This document shows positions 40,753-54,000 of a stretch of 64,000 nt of DNA, one piece after another. Position 1 is the first letter of the stretch, and the number at the start of each line of letters is the position of its first letter. The notes beneath the pieces are model-generated. The model had not been told where the DNA came from, searched no databases, and saw only the letters and a list, made by a program, of their open reading frames with translations. A program made the translations under genes and the position numbers. Origin of the DNA: Marsupella aquatica (lineage: Eukaryota; Plantae; Marchantiophyta); contig OZ316896.1 in the NCBI GenBank assembly GCA_973895155.1, positions 4,717,925 through 4,781,924 on the forward strand. The letters run 5' to 3'.

Positions 40753-42703
40753 GGGGGAGAACACCACTCACATAGAGCAAAAAACATGACAATCAATCAC
40801 AAAACAGTGAACAAGGCCCTGCCAACACTTTCTGTCGAATCGAGTCTGTCAAATCGAGTCTATCAAATCCAGGATATGACAAATACTAACTGAACCGATC
40901 CATTCAAAATTGCCAGTCTGATCGCTAAAAGTAACAATGGAGTCGTAAGGTGAAAGGGAATCGTGCCAAAGTCACCGAAAAACGCATCGGATATCTTCCT
41001 CACGTGCAGACTTCACAACCAGCTCGCTTCGTAATTGTCTCAGCTGCCTGAAGCAGTCATGTCCTAATCATGGTTTCTGACGTCATCTTGACTCCCTCAA
41101 ATTGCACTTTGCGCCGGGTTTGCTTCTTGTGTAAAATTTGATATAATAAGACCACATTCCTGGCACTGTACGACATCGCGAGGCCTTAAGAATGATTCTG
41201 GTGTCTACTCTGCAATCTCAAAAAACGTAAGAGACCAGTTCTGGAGGCCGACCTTATCTCGTCTACGACCTCAGACCGAGTGACAAATTAAACGCTTCTG
41301 TCAAGGGATTGCTTCCGGAATTGCAAAGGGTCTCAGGAAGTGAAGTGTCTCAGGAGCTAATCCAGCACATCCGCATAAGAAACCTGTCCAGTCCACTCAC
41401 GTCCAGAAATCCCTTCGGCGGTTCGTGCGAAAAATGGATCCAGATTAGAAGTGCGTCCTGGAGTAGTAGATCGAGGACATTACAGCATGCCAAGAGACCC
41501 AAGAACTAAATCTCATGGTTTGATCCATACTTGGTTGTGACTTTTCGTGGAGTGTGCCGAGCTGAACGGGAGCTGAGGTACCGATAAATGACTGACAGGT
41601 AACTGATGTAATTCCAAGAGCTAAGAAAAAATACAATGGTTTGGCCTAGTCAATGAAACCTCATTATGACTTTTGGTGGAATCTAATTCAGTAATTTAAA
41701 CCGGATCGAGCTGGGCTGCCAAAAGCTTACTGACTGACAACTGTGCCACAGCTAGGAAGACTTGAAAAACACTTAGTACAATGTTCCAATCTGTAGTAGA
41801 GTGCATATCTCACTGTCTGATGATAAACACAAATACGTCACGACCAACAAATTGTAACAAACACATCCTAGGTGGCAAATTGTGTTGTTGAAAGAGAGAG
41901 GACTGTCGTTCAAGAAAACATCTGAACCACTCTGACTTTCTGATGTGTGAAAGATGACCTTCATATGCAGGGCTCGTAAAATTTCCATATATGAGCCTTT
42001 CAGATCAACTTAGTACCTTCAGGAAGTTGGCACAAGATGGGTGTTAGCCATCAGTACGTGATGAAAGTTGACGGATGACACGAGCTGCAGAGAACGATAT
42101 TGCTGAGTGACTGAACAATGACTCAAAATCCACCCGAATGTATATTTAAGGCTTGAGTGAGAGGTTAGCCTCACAGTTGTTCAGGTAATTCAGTGAATCG
42201 TTAGCGGCAATTGCGCATGTTCTTTTCTGCCTGGCTTTTACTTGAACGTTTATTAGCATTACCTGTTGCTACAAGGTACATCTTGCTGGAGTCTCTAGTT
42301 GAAGATAGTCTACATCTCTCACTTTACTCCCATCTGCTGGGCGAGAGGTGATTTTTTTCCGAGACAATCACTAATGGAAAATACAGCAGCAATGGCTGGA
42401 GCTGGAAAGGGTGCTAAGGGCCTCGGGAAAGGGGGTGCCAAGCGACACAGCAAGGTGCACCGTGACAACATCCAGGGCATAACAAAGTCGGCGATCCGCC
42501 GTCTCGCTCGAAGAGGTGGAGTGAAGCGTATCAGCGGTCTGGTTTACGAAGAGACTCGCAGTGTCCTGAAATTATTTCTTGTAAATATTGTAGGAGACGC
42601 CGTCATCTATACCGATCATGCCAACCGGAAGACAGTGACCGCCATGGACGTGGTATATGCCCTCAAAAGACAAGGGAAGGCACTATACGGATTTGGCGGC
42701 TAG
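40753..42703 (+). repeat. Segmental duplication, copy 1 (~1.95 kb: upstream region plus H4 gene)
   Basis: Colinear with 46322-48270 from gagaacac.actcaca..gagcaaaa..atgacaatc through the H4 stop codon. Confidence 0.93.
42392..42703 (+). CDS. Divergent histone H4 variant (copy 1)
   Basis: 103-aa H4-length [35 protein letters not shown]...[12 protein letters not shown]; about 18 differences from canonical plant H4. In-frame upstream ATG at 42374 is possible. Confidence 0.9.
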   Translation: MAGAGKGAKGLGKGGAKRHSKVHRDNIQGITKSAIRRLARRGGVKRISGLVYEETRSVLKLFLVNIVGDAVIYTDHANRKTVTAMDVVYALKRQGKALYGFGG

Positions 42704-42787
42704 TCTGAGGAAGAAATGGTCTCTCATCCTGAATAAATATTATTTCTGAAGGACTCTCCTTTCGATATTGAGTTTGACACAAATGGA

Positions 42788-43122
42788 ATGTTTCTGTTGG
42801 TCCATCCTCGTTTGCTGTTCCGTGTGGCAAGGATAGCCGGACATTTGAAGAAGCGGAAATATTCCGAACTAGTCAGTGGTGGTGCCTCTGTGTATCTTGC
42901 TGCCGTTATGGAGTACCTCACTGCAGAGGTCCTTGAGCTGGCAGGACATGCTTGCCGCAACAGCAACAACGCCAGGATCACACCAAGACACATTCAATTG
43001 GGCAATTGGCTATCAGCAACCATAAGGAGTTGGCAGAACTGCTTGCTGGTGTGACCATTGCTGACGGTGGTGTGGTACCCAGCATCCACGCCGTCTTGCT
43101 TCCCAAACCCAAGACGGACTAA
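42788..43122 (+). pseudogene. Histone H2A-like gene, 5'-degenerate and frameshifted
   Basis: [49 protein letters not shown], then an 8-nt caattggg duplication, then [37 protein letters not shown] in another frame. Confidence 0.85.
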
Positions 43123-45410
43123 CTTCGTGGAAGAGACTGCTGAGCAAATGCAGGGAGACAGGATCACACCGGCACCGAAGTCTTCGTCCAAAAACACATT
43201 AAACCTGGTGTTCCCAGTTCTAAGATGTAGCATCCGTTGTGGGGATTGGAAATAGTCATCTATGATCTATCCCATTAGGCAGCCCATCTTGAGCTTACGT
43301 GTATATAGAGCCTCTTAGGTTTCACATTTTATTTATGTGGATATCCAGTTTACCCATTTTGGAGGTATTATGGGTTTGCGGAGTAGCATGTCTTTCAGCC
43401 CTACTCCTAGTGTAGGCGGCAAAATAATGATCTCTTCTGACTGGTACATTTATTCTGACTAGCCCGCTCCAGGAAAGGTCTAAACCACTACTGTACAGTC
43501 AATAAAGACTCTGTCTGTTTTAAGAGCAAGTATACCATTGAGCAATCGTAATGAAAAAGTCCCTTTGAGATGGGTTTTGATGTAAAGAGTTGGTCACTCT
43601 CTTTGTAACTCGTTGTCACTGTCAGGGTGTAAAGAGCATCTGGAAATTATTTCTCTGACTCATGTATCTTGCCCTTTCAGTGCATCTTGCTCTGTGTGTA
43701 GCTTTCATATCAAGTGCCTCAAAGTGCTGTGAATGGAAAGTTAGTGACTTCCTATAATTTATTTGGTGTTGGTCACATCGTATGAGGACGTAATTCAATC
43801 TCAAGCTGTAGAGATATGTTCTAAGTTGGTAATGTTTATACTTAGACAAAGTGCTCTGTATTGGGTTACAACTTGAAAATCCAATAACAATTCCCACTGG
43901 AGTTTGTCATCCATCCTTAGACTGTAGCCATATCCTTGGCACTATATGATGACACATACAAGTTTATTGGAAGCCTTAATAACACTTTCTTTCACTGACA
44001 GCGTTATAGTTTAAGAATAATTTTTGGTTGGGCTAACTTAGCTAACTAATGCAAATCCTAGAGTTTGGTAATTCTACAACATTGCTCTTAATAACCATTA
44101 TTGTCATACATTCAAGGAACCATCTTTGTGCAACTAATCCTATTTAAACTAAAACAACACAAAACCTAACTGAATCCAAGAGATGAGCAGCACCGACTAC
44201 TTCAAGGCAGATCAAACGTCCATAGAGCATTTTCATTTTCATCTTGGAACATGCTTCATTTTTTGTTTTTTAGTGATATGCAGGTGATCTGATTTTTTTG
44301 TGGCAAATATAAATAGGACATTGACTAGGAAGAGGTATAGTCTATGATATTGAAAAGTTGTACACATAAGGTACAAGAGTAAAAGGACACATGTAAAGAA
44401 AAGTAATAACTAACAATAAAAGTTAAGTCTATGGTATTGGGCTGTGCACATAATGTACACAAGTAGAGATACTTGTGTACTTACCTTAGGTAATGACACT
44501 CAAATTAATAAATTTAGTACACAAACCCATGAGTAGAACTTAAAGACACAAGGAGTGCACTTTATTTAGATAATTTCTTCCTCACTCATGGGGATAAGGG
44601 CTAGAAATTCCATGAGCTTTGTTAAAGGGTGGATGTTGTTAAATATAGCATAAAGGGTGGATGATCTTAAATTATATAGCAATGATTAAAAAATTAGAGG
44701 GGTGCCAGAATAAATTCAAAATCTAAACTATACAAGGGATGCACCTTGGTAAGACACGTTGAAATAAAATACATAACAAAATAAGTTTGAATAAGACACA
44801 ATACTGAAAGTTGCATTCACCATATAGCAACTTCAAAAATCACATAACAGACTGCAGTCAACACAACAAATGAATGGATCCCACCATCTTGACCAAAATC
44901 CCTTGCCATATGCCCAATCAACTCTTGTTTGCCTTTGCCAGATATCATCATATCCGCCATCCCCTGCAACCATGCCATCTTGATGCAGAGCCAGATCTCC
45001 TACCAAATCCTCATCTGAACTCCGATCACCAATATCCACTCATTTTCCCATTTCGAGAAACACCTTTGAATTGCTCAGGCTTCTAGGTTTCCAAATCTTT
45101 GGCAAGCTTATTAATATGCCACAGTTGAAGTTCAGTAAACCTTTTGAGCTTGTTCCCATAAACTCCAGAGCTCCTAGTGGTTTTGTGCTGTAAATAATTC
45201 TTGTCTATCCTGAGCAAGATCCTGAGTAGCATACAGACTCATAATTGTTGATCCAAGAAGCCTCGTTGACTTTCCTATCTTTTTTATTAACAAAGCACCA
45301 GGAGAACTGTATCATGAGTTCAATGTTGCCAAAATGCCTCACTGGCTTTGCCTATCATTTTTTTTCCTTGGAATTGCCTATCATTTTTTTTAACATGTAA
45401 ATCCCAAAAG

Positions 45411-46054
45411 TTAAACCCAGATGGACCCAGAGTTTATTTTGCCCCTCCCATGGACTGTGTACTACGCCTCCTCACTTTACACCCTAAAATCAACTGATTG
45501 ACTGCTGTTGGACTGACGTTTCAATTTTGAGAAGGATACCCTGAGCAAAGTTTTTTAGATCCCCCAACCAACTGTAGAATGTTGGCTTTTAACTAGCAGA
45601 CTTGGTAGACTTGTGAGTTTACGTGGACAGCTTTTGGATCTATGCTCAAGCCCAAATTTTCCCTGCATGTACTCTGATGTTCAATCTGTACCTGACAAAG
45701 TTTGAGATTTTTCCAAGATCATTTGCTCCATTGCCAAAGAGTGCAAAACTGGTCAAATTAAATAAACCCACTAAAAATGGATGCTTCACTTTTGTGAACA
45801 ATATCCTGAGTAATTTGGGCATGAACTGCAACCTACCACTTTGGGGAATGACTCCCTGAGTGAGTAGTTTGTGCACGAGGAGTGACCTATCACCCCCTAA
45901 AAGATCAGGAATCAACTACAAACAATCAGGAACTCGTGTGCAAGTCACATTTTAGTCAAACTATAAAGAGTGTTATCCAAGGCTTGTTTTTTTAGGTTCT
46001 GCATTGTTAATCCGTCAGGGATTCACAGGAGATCCTGGGTCCATCCAGGCTTAA
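45411..46054. mobile_element. TTAA-flanked short-TIR non-autonomous element (piggyBac/Kolobok-like)
   Basis: ttaaacccagatggacccag (45411-45430) versus ctgggtccatccaggcttaa (46035-46054): 17/20 inverted match with TTAA at both ends. Confidence 0.5.
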
Positions 46055-46295
46055 TAATCTGGGAAACCCACAGACACATTATTACTAGTAAAATAGCTGT
46101 GCAAGAAAATCCATTAGGGATTCACAGGAAATCACTCGGCCCATCCAGGCTTAATCATTTGGAAAACCCAGACACATTATTACTAGTAAAATAGCTGTGC
46201 AAGAAACTCCATTAGGGATTCACAGGAAATCACTCGGTCCATCCAGACTTAATATTCTGGGAAACCCACAGATACATTATTACTAGTAAGATAGA
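46005..46295. repeat. Tandem repeat, ~100-bp unit x3
   Basis: agggattcacagga...ccatccagg/acttaat...ggaaaccca.agacacattattactagtaa repeated three times. Confidence 0.9.
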
Positions 46296-46321
46296 TAAGT
46301 GCAAGAAAAAGCACAAACAAA

Positions 46322-48270
46322 GGGGCGAGAACACTACTCACACGGAGCAAAATCATGACAATCGATCACAAACCGTGAACAGGGCCTAACACTTTCTGTC
46401 GAATCGAGTATATGAAATCCAGGAAATGACAAACACTTACTACCGATTGATTTTGACATTCAAAATTGCCATTCTCAATCGCTAAAAGTAACAATGGAGC
46501 CGTACGGTGCCAGGAAATCTTGCTAAAGTCACCCACAAAAGCACTGAACATCTTCTCTCACATGCAGACTTAACAACCAGCTCGCTTGGTGATTATCTCA
46601 GCTGCCTGAAGCAGTCCATATCCTCCTAATCATGGTTTGTGTCATCCTGATTCCCTCAAATTGCACTCTGCGCCGGGTTTGCTTCTGCGTAAAATACGAT
46701 AAGCACATTCCTGGCACTTGATGACATCGCCCGGCTTTAAGAATGATCCTGGTATCCGCTCTGCAGTCTCAACAAACGGAAGAGACAAGTTCTGAAGGTG
46801 AAGGAGCACTCCCGACCTTATCCATGACTGGAAAAGTAGGAAGTTTGGCCCTCCTCTGTGACCTCAGACCGAGTGACAAAACGCTTCTGTCAAGGGACTG
46901 CTTCCAAAATTGCAAAGGGGCTTAGGAAGTGAAGTGTTGCAGGAGCTAATCCAGCACATCCGCATAAGAATCCTGTTCAGTCCACTGACGTCCAACAATC
47001 CCTTCCGAGGTTCTTGCGAAAATGGATCCTGATTAGAATGAGTCCTGGAGTAGTAGTGGATATGACACCATGCCCCGAGACCAAAAACTACATCACATGA
47101 TCGGATCCCCACTTAATTGTGACTTTTGGTGGAGTTTGCCGAATTCAACGGGAGCTGAGGTGCCGATAACTGATTGATAGGTAACTGATGTAATTCCAAG
47201 AGCTAAAAAAACATACAATGGTTTGGCCTAGTCCGACCTCATTGTGACTTTTGGTCTAATTATTTTAATATTTAAACTGGAGAAAGGCTGCCAAACGCTT
47301 ACTGACTGACAACTGTGCCACAGCTAGGAAGACTTGAAAAACACTTAGTGCAATGTTCCAATATGTGGCAGAGTGCATATCTAACTGACGATAAACACAA
47401 ATACGTCACAACCAACACATTGTATCAAACACATCCTAGGTGGCAAATCGTCTTGTTAAAAGAGAGAGAAGATTGACGTTTGACAAAACATTTGAACCAA
47501 AAGTATCACTCTTTCTGATGTGTGACAGATGACCTTCATATGCAGGGCTAGTAAAATTTCCATGAGCCTTTCAGATCAGCTTATCTTCAGGAAGTTGACA
47601 CGAGATAGATGTTAGTCGTCAGTGTGTGATGAAAGTTGTCGGATGACACGAGCTGCAGATAACGATATTGCTGACTGAACAATGACTCAAAATCCACCCG
47701 AAGGTCCATTTAAGGCTTGAGTGAGAGGTTATCCTCACAGTTGTTTTCAGGTAATTCAGTGAGTACTAAGCGGAAGTTGCTCATCTTCGCTAGTGCCTGG
47801 CTTTTACTTGAACGTGTTTTGGCATTACCTGTTGCTACAAGGTACATCTTGCTGTAGGCTCTAGTTGAAGACAGTGTACATCTCTCACTTTACTGCAATC
47901 TGCTGGGCGAGAGGTGATTCTGTTCAAGAGAAGTCACTAAGGGCAAAACGCAGTAGAAATGGCTGGAACTGGAAAGGGTGCTAAGGGCCTCGGGAAAGGG
48001 GGTGCGAAGAGACACAGCAAGGTGCTCCGTGACAACATCCGGGGCATAACAAAGCCTGCAATCCGCCGTCTCGCTCGAAGAGGTGGAGTGAAGCGTATCA
48101 GTGGTCCTGTTTACGAAGCGACTCGCAGTATTCTGAAAGTATTTCTTGTAAATATTATAGGAGACTCCGTCATCTATACCGAGTATGCCAACCGGAAGAC
48201 AGTGACCGCCATGGACGTGGTGTATGCGCTCAAAAGACAGGGCAAGGCACTATACGGATTTGGCGGCTAA
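46322..48270 (+). repeat. Segmental duplication, copy 2
   Basis: Colinear, diverged copy of 40753-42703. Confidence 0.93.
47959..48270 (+). CDS. Divergent histone H4 variant (copy 2)
   Basis: 103-aa [32 protein letters not shown]...[12 protein letters not shown]; about 20 differences from canonical plant H4, including L49P and H75Y. Confidence 0.88.
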   Translation: MAGTGKGAKGLGKGGAKRHSKVLRDNIRGITKPAIRRLARRGGVKRISGPVYEATRSILKVFLVNIIGDSVIYTEYANRKTVTAMDVVYALKRQGKALYGFGG

Positions 48271-49785
48271 TCCGAAACTTTCGAGCCACCCACATGAACT
48301 TTTGTGCATAATATGCACATCTGCAATGTTAACAATACAAATCCGACAACAAGACTTTGAGTAGATTACAAATCAGTATTAGGATGCCTGTATGGAAACT
48401 CTTTTAACTAGCATCTTAGTTTTGTCATAAGATCGATCTTAGGACATTTTAATCTGTTCTACCTTAATGGGAGCTTTGCTTTCAGTGGATCGTGTTTCTG
48501 CCTTTGGTTCCTATGATAAAAACGTTCTCTGAACAAGAAACGTCATTTGCTTGCCGGACAAACAGTCGTGACTATTTGGATTCTTCAACCTTTGATCTAT
48601 CGCGATCTATTCTATCCGCAATTTGAAGGCCATGTTTGAACTGAATTATAAGAGCCCATCGTGACACAGCGCAAGGAAGCAATTGCAATATTTGCACCAA
48701 ATGATTACATTCAACATCTTTCGAGAAAATACTCAAGAGGACTGTAGCTTTGGAGAAAGGCCTTCTAAATATTCCACATCTTTGAATTTATCTAGTAGAC
48801 AGCACCATCGCTGCTGCTGGCATTGTATATTACATCAATGGTTTGCAAGAAAGTCCCTTCTGATCAAATCCCATGATAAATCTCGATTTGATTTACTATG
48901 TATCGTAACCGCTCTGCCAGCATAGCTGCCGGCATTAGGATCCTAACTTCAACTAATGGACGGATGGGAAGGGCTATCAGTGTATTAATGGAGTAGTCCA
49001 ATTGTGACAATGCAATACTAGTCGAATTATGACAATGCAGAACTTGAATTTGACAAGTTCAACCCATGGGACATTGCAACTCAAATTGTCAAAAGATTCT
49101 TCGTTGATTGATTCCTCGTCACCTGTAAACGAACAGCGCTTGCCCAGAATTAACAGAGCCAACGGACTCACTGCCCTGAGTCCGCGTTGATAGGTAGATG
49201 GATATTCGGGGTCTCGGCTTTTTCAGAATTATCCCGTACAGAGTGTGGATGAGTTTTCAATTGGATAAGTAGGACAAACTTTACCGGGTCTTTGATTGTA
49301 GTGATTCAGTTCTTCCAACTCTCGAACAAGGATATACTTGTCTTGCACAGTCATCCACTGGCACTGACGCTGGCACCTCTCGACAGAGAAGCAAATGTTT
49401 TTACCCCCAATAACAGAACTGCGCAAGGGACATGTAGTCACAAGGATCGTCAATCTCCCTCGTGTCATGACAGTCCGTTGCGATTGAATGCTGGCGGAGG
49501 ACTATGAAGCCCTTTGCCTGGCGTATATTTGGCTTCCTTGAGCGGAACTGTAAAGCCAAACTGATAGTGTCTCGAGCCCTGAGCAGCCACTGACTTGGTA
49601 GCAGAAGCTCAAAAGCAAGCCGACGTTGACAGTTATAGAATTTAGAATTCGTTCAGACACATCATCTGGAGTGGACCTTTCGAGAGAGGGGAAGGTCCTA
49701 CTTGATGTTTTCTACTTCAGCTCTCTAAAGCTCTTGTCGCATTCAACGTCTAAATCGAACAGAACTAGAAGGAACATTGATTATC

Positions 49786-50676
49786 CTAAGTAGTAGCCTT
49801 TCGTCGGCCAACTCTGGCGACAAAACCAGCCTGGATAGGTGCAACGGATAGGGAACTCCCACAATGTTCACAACGAAGGAAGAACAACCGATTTTCTTTT
49901 GTAAGAATTGTGTCTGGACTCTTGCAGCCATTACACATCACGTACTCATTGACATATCGTCTTAGGATACCCTCAAAGTTCTTAGGAGCGAATCGACCCT
50001 TGACAACCAACCGTTGCTGGCCATCAAGAGAACCACTAGTTCCCAATTCCGCAAGCAAGAACGCCATGACATGCTCAGGTTGCCGATGCATAGTCTTACA
50101 CAGGTCCATAAAGTTCACGAACACTATTTTCTTAGTACCCTCCCTGAGTACCTGGGGAGGCCTCATGATAGTTCGTCGCTTCTCTCCAGCCAACTCTGGA
50201 TTGTTCTCACGCAAAATGTCGAAAACTCTACCAAGAAGCTCATCATACTTGTAGTCTCGGTCCGAACCTTCCCAGGGTAGCTGAGTATGAAGCATGATAC
50301 CTTCCGCCTCTTCGTGCTCATCTCCTTCGTTCAACTCCTCACCAGTTGTTACGGCCGTCTTGTCTAAATTTTCTTCCTCTAGCTCACCAGCAACAGGTCT
50401 TTTTTTCTTCTTCTTTTTCAGACCAGCAAATGTTGAATCCATGCTATCCCCGACTGTCGAAGGGAGGCTAAAGCTTTCCAACTGTTCTGAAACATTGCCA
50501 ATTGCTTCAGAGTCCAGATCTTCTGCAATTCGATCCTTCTGCTTCGTTTTCTTCATCGTCGTTAGATCGAGTTGGTAAATCTCCTCAGCGGGAGCATCCT
50601 TTGGCACCCCGTGTTGTTCTTCTGATTGCAGCTGTTCCTCTGACACCATTTTGTCTATCGTTTCAATCCCACTCAT
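49786..50676 (-). CDS. EIF2S2: Eukaryotic translation initiation factor 2 subunit beta (intronless copy); start at ATG 50676 or 50649
   Basis: Lys box KKKKKKR; [52 protein letters not shown]; zinc ribbon [17 protein letters not shown]. Confidence 0.93.
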   Translation of the reverse strand: MSGIETIDKMVSEEQLQSEEQHGVPKDAPAEEIYQLDLTTMKKTKQKDRIAEDLDSEAIGNVSEQLESFSLPSTVGDSMDSTFAGLKKKKKKRPVAGELEEENLDKTAVTTGEELNEGDEHEEAEGIMLHTQLPWEGSDRDYKYDELLGRVFDILRENNPELAGEKRRTIMRPPQVLREGTKKIVFVNFMDLCKTMHRQPEHVMAFLLAELGTSGSLDGQQRLVVKGRFAPKNFEGILRRYVNEYVMCNGCKSPDTILTKENRLFFLRCEHCGSSLSVAPIQAGFVARVGRRKATT

Positions 50677-50856
50677 GCCAATCTTCTGAACTGTAATTCG
50701 TCTAGCTAACTCCTCTGTCACCACCGATTTGTTCTCGTATTCCGTGATGTGCACGGTAGCAAAACTTGAGCGGGGAATGTTGTTCACTCGAGATTGAGAG
50801 TCAAGGGTAAGGCTCAGAAAAGATGGATGGATAGCGGGAGCAGAATGAAGAGCGGA

Positions 50857-50864
50857 TATTTATA
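50857..50864 (-). promoter_or_regulatory. Candidate TATA box of the eIF2-beta copy
   Basis: TATAAATA on the minus strand about 180 bp upstream of the first ATG. Confidence 0.45.
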
Positions 50865-50907
50865 GGCAGACAGAGGATGGTGGGACAGTGGAAGCGCGTG
50901 ATGAGAG

Positions 50908-51082
50908 AACAGACTGGAAGGATCGAGAGCACCATAGTCACAGAGGATTCATTGAAATCAGTTCTCACAGACTGGGAGGATCGAGGGCACCATAGTCACA
51001 GAGGATCCACTGAAATGACTTCTCACAGACTGGAAGGATCGAGAGCACCATAGTCACAGAGGATTCATCAAAATGAGCTCTC
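50908..51082. repeat. Tandem repeat, ~58-bp unit x3
   Basis: cagactgg.aggatcgag.gcaccatagtcacagaggat.ca.t.aaat...tctca occurs three times. Confidence 0.92.
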
Positions 51083-54000
51083 AGGTGAGGTGAAATGAGA
51101 ACTGCTGCTGCCGAGGGGATACGAAAGGAAGACCTGAGCTTCGCGAGGGACCCATCAGTCTTGCATTTTGGTGCGAAGGAGAGTGGAAACACACACGGGA
51201 GGAGAGGGCAAAGGAGAGGCGGAGGGAGCGAAGGGAAAGAGAGGGGACACGGGGAGACGAGAGGAAAGGAGAGCCGGAAGGGTACAGGGGAGATGAAGTT
51301 GGCGCAATAAATGCGATTATTGAAAATCACACGTGTATGTCTAATATGCTTGATGGACCAGTTATGGGACTCTGAAGTGATCCAGAATGTTGATCTGACT
51401 TGATAAACCTTAAATCAACATACCCAAAATCTCAGGATCCTATCATATAACGCTTTTCATTTTGGGGAAATCTAGTAAATACTTCTTGAAATCAACTTTT
51501 AGCCACTTTGTTACTAAAGATATTTAAATTTATGCAACTGTTGTTATTTTATTATATTTACAAATACGTCATACTTTTGGATGTAGACGACAAGTTCACA
51601 TCATCATATCCATATACAAAATAGTGGCATAATTATAGATGCCATAAAAATAATGACAGAATTGTCAATTCAAATATCTATGATATCAAAGTTAGTTAAA
51701 AGCTGCATTTAAATTTTCATCCCCACAGTTTTTGAGGTTTGGATATTGCTTTTGAGAAGGGTGTTTGTCTGTTTGGGACCTCTTTTGCTTTTATGACATT
51801 GTGCTTTGTTTAGTCCTTTTTTCGTCTTCCTAGGACAAAATTTTAGGTTGTGCTTGGAAAATTTGGAAGAACATGTACAATGTGTATTTTACTAATACTA
51901 GCCTGAGTGCTCGTTTGGTGAGCATGAACAGAGGTGCAGACATTCTAGCCAGCAGTGACACTTACCCAGTCCTGAATCAGCTTTACTTTCCACTCGCTAC
52001 CCCACCTTCAGTCAGCTCCCCGGAGTCTGTCTAGCAGCTTCATTCTAGATCTAGGCCCTGAAAAATAACTTTCAATCACAATTATATAATCTGATTCTAA
52101 GCATTTTTATGTGAACCAATGTATCAGTGAATATATTGTTTGGAGAGTGAAAGTTTAGTTTTTGCACAGGGCTTGTGTAAACCAACTTGTCCCTACAGCA
52201 GAGTAGGGTGTGACTGGGACAGACTACATGCCAAAGTTTTAGAAATCAGGAGCATGACTTTCCATCCAGTTTAAAGTTATTGGTCTTTGAGTGAGATCTC
52301 TCTGTAATATTCAACACTAGAAGGTTCATCATAGCTTGTTGGAAAGAGGATTTCATAAGCTATGTACCAAGCCAATTTTTGTGTGATACTGATCTGACTT
52401 GAGATAGATATGAGCCTTGCAAGCTGCACAAATGAATGGTCCTTGTTCAATTGTTTTAATTAAAGATTGATGTTTTCAGCAAGTTGGCTATATTCTTACC
52501 CAGTAGTACAGTAAGAAGTGAGCTGAACCCTCACCCTAAACAGCTTAGCATATTTGCACACCATACAAGTGCAATCCCTCCAAATTTTTGAAACAGAGCT
52601 GTTTGAATTGAGAGATTGGCTCCCAAGGAAACTATCAATGTGTTCTTGTGGAATAGTCAAGTGTCCATTTATATTGATGGAGAAATCCAGTGGCTACAGT
52701 GATTGAATATATAATTGCAAACTTTCCAAAGCATTACGTTCCATATCACTTGTCAATAAGTGAAATTTGCATGAAATTGCACTTATCAAATAGTGCAATC
52801 CCTATGTAAGTGCACCTTCAGACCATCATCACCTGGAGTAAGTTTTCATTTCTGCAGAGGTGTCGTGTTACACTGTTACAGTCAACTCTGCATAAGTGCA
52901 CAATCCCCTGAAGAAGCCCAAGGTGTGCACTTAACTAGGGTTTGAGTGCAAAAGCTTTGGCTTTGCTTAAATATGATAAGCATTCAGGGTTCAAATATCT
53001 TAGTTAATAATGTGAAGTTCTTGAGGGTACATGCTTCCGGACGGGGGTGTGTTGGTGATGGCAGATCAAGCTTAATAAGGAAGTGAATCAAGACCAACAA
53101 GTATTCACCGTGTTTACATATTTAAGTGTTATAAAAAGTACACACATGACAGAAGGAATACACCATGAAATAATATTAAAACTCCACATTCAACATTCTG
53201 AGTCCAATGCTTTATAAAAAAACTGGAAGCTACCTAGACTTCCTATTCTGCTAAGGAGCTGACTATACCATATTCAGTATCAGTGACGTTCTGGATTGAG
53301 CTGTGGAGCTTCCCTGCCTTTTCCACTTTACCCTCCTCTGCCTCCATAATTGCATTTCCTCTCAAAATAAGTCCATAATTCACCATCTGGACTCAATTAT
53401 ACCCCCTTCAATTTCTGCCACCTCTCAAGTTTGCCAAAACATATGCCATCAAGATCTAGCCTAAACTTGAAATCTCAAACCCGTAGATAATAGAGTCCCT
53501 CTTCATTCAATGGGCCCTCTGTTACTGCAGAGTGCCTAGCCAGCCTTGTGGATTCCCTCCCCGATGTACAACCTCCCCTGAAGGCACTCCCCTATTTCAT
53601 AAAGGTAAATTTTAATCTACCTCTAATCAAGTTGTGCTTATCCATAATAGTTCTGTGTCATATTTGTGCACTACCCATAAGAGTACTGTCAGTGTCAGAT
53701 CTGGGCACTTCCCCATAAGTACACATACCCTTTAGAGGACTTGCACTTTGGTGTGTGTGCAGTAGAGCCCTCCTTGCACGTACAGAAACTGCAAAAATAA
53801 TGCAATATGGTTGGGAAGAAAGTGATGGCTTGCAAATAGCTAGATTTTGCACTTAAGAAGAGCTGACTGTACACACATGTGAAACATCTCCAGAAGTAGT
53901 ACAAAATGTTCATGTTGTAGATAAAGGGGCATGTCAAGCATCCCCATACGTAGTATATATATCACAATGCCAAAAGGCAAAAAATGCCAAACCGGGAGAC

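Noticed and set aside
44800-45350. Possible LINE or transposase remnant
   Set aside because: Trp-rich fragments only; no diagnostic motif.
50677-50787. N-terminal extension of eIF2-beta in the ORF track
   Set aside because: It starts at GTG; the first ATG is at 50676, so the extension is probably 5' UTR.
53020-53640. Possible solo LTR or PPT-LTR junction
   Set aside because: No second boundary or TSD could be identified.
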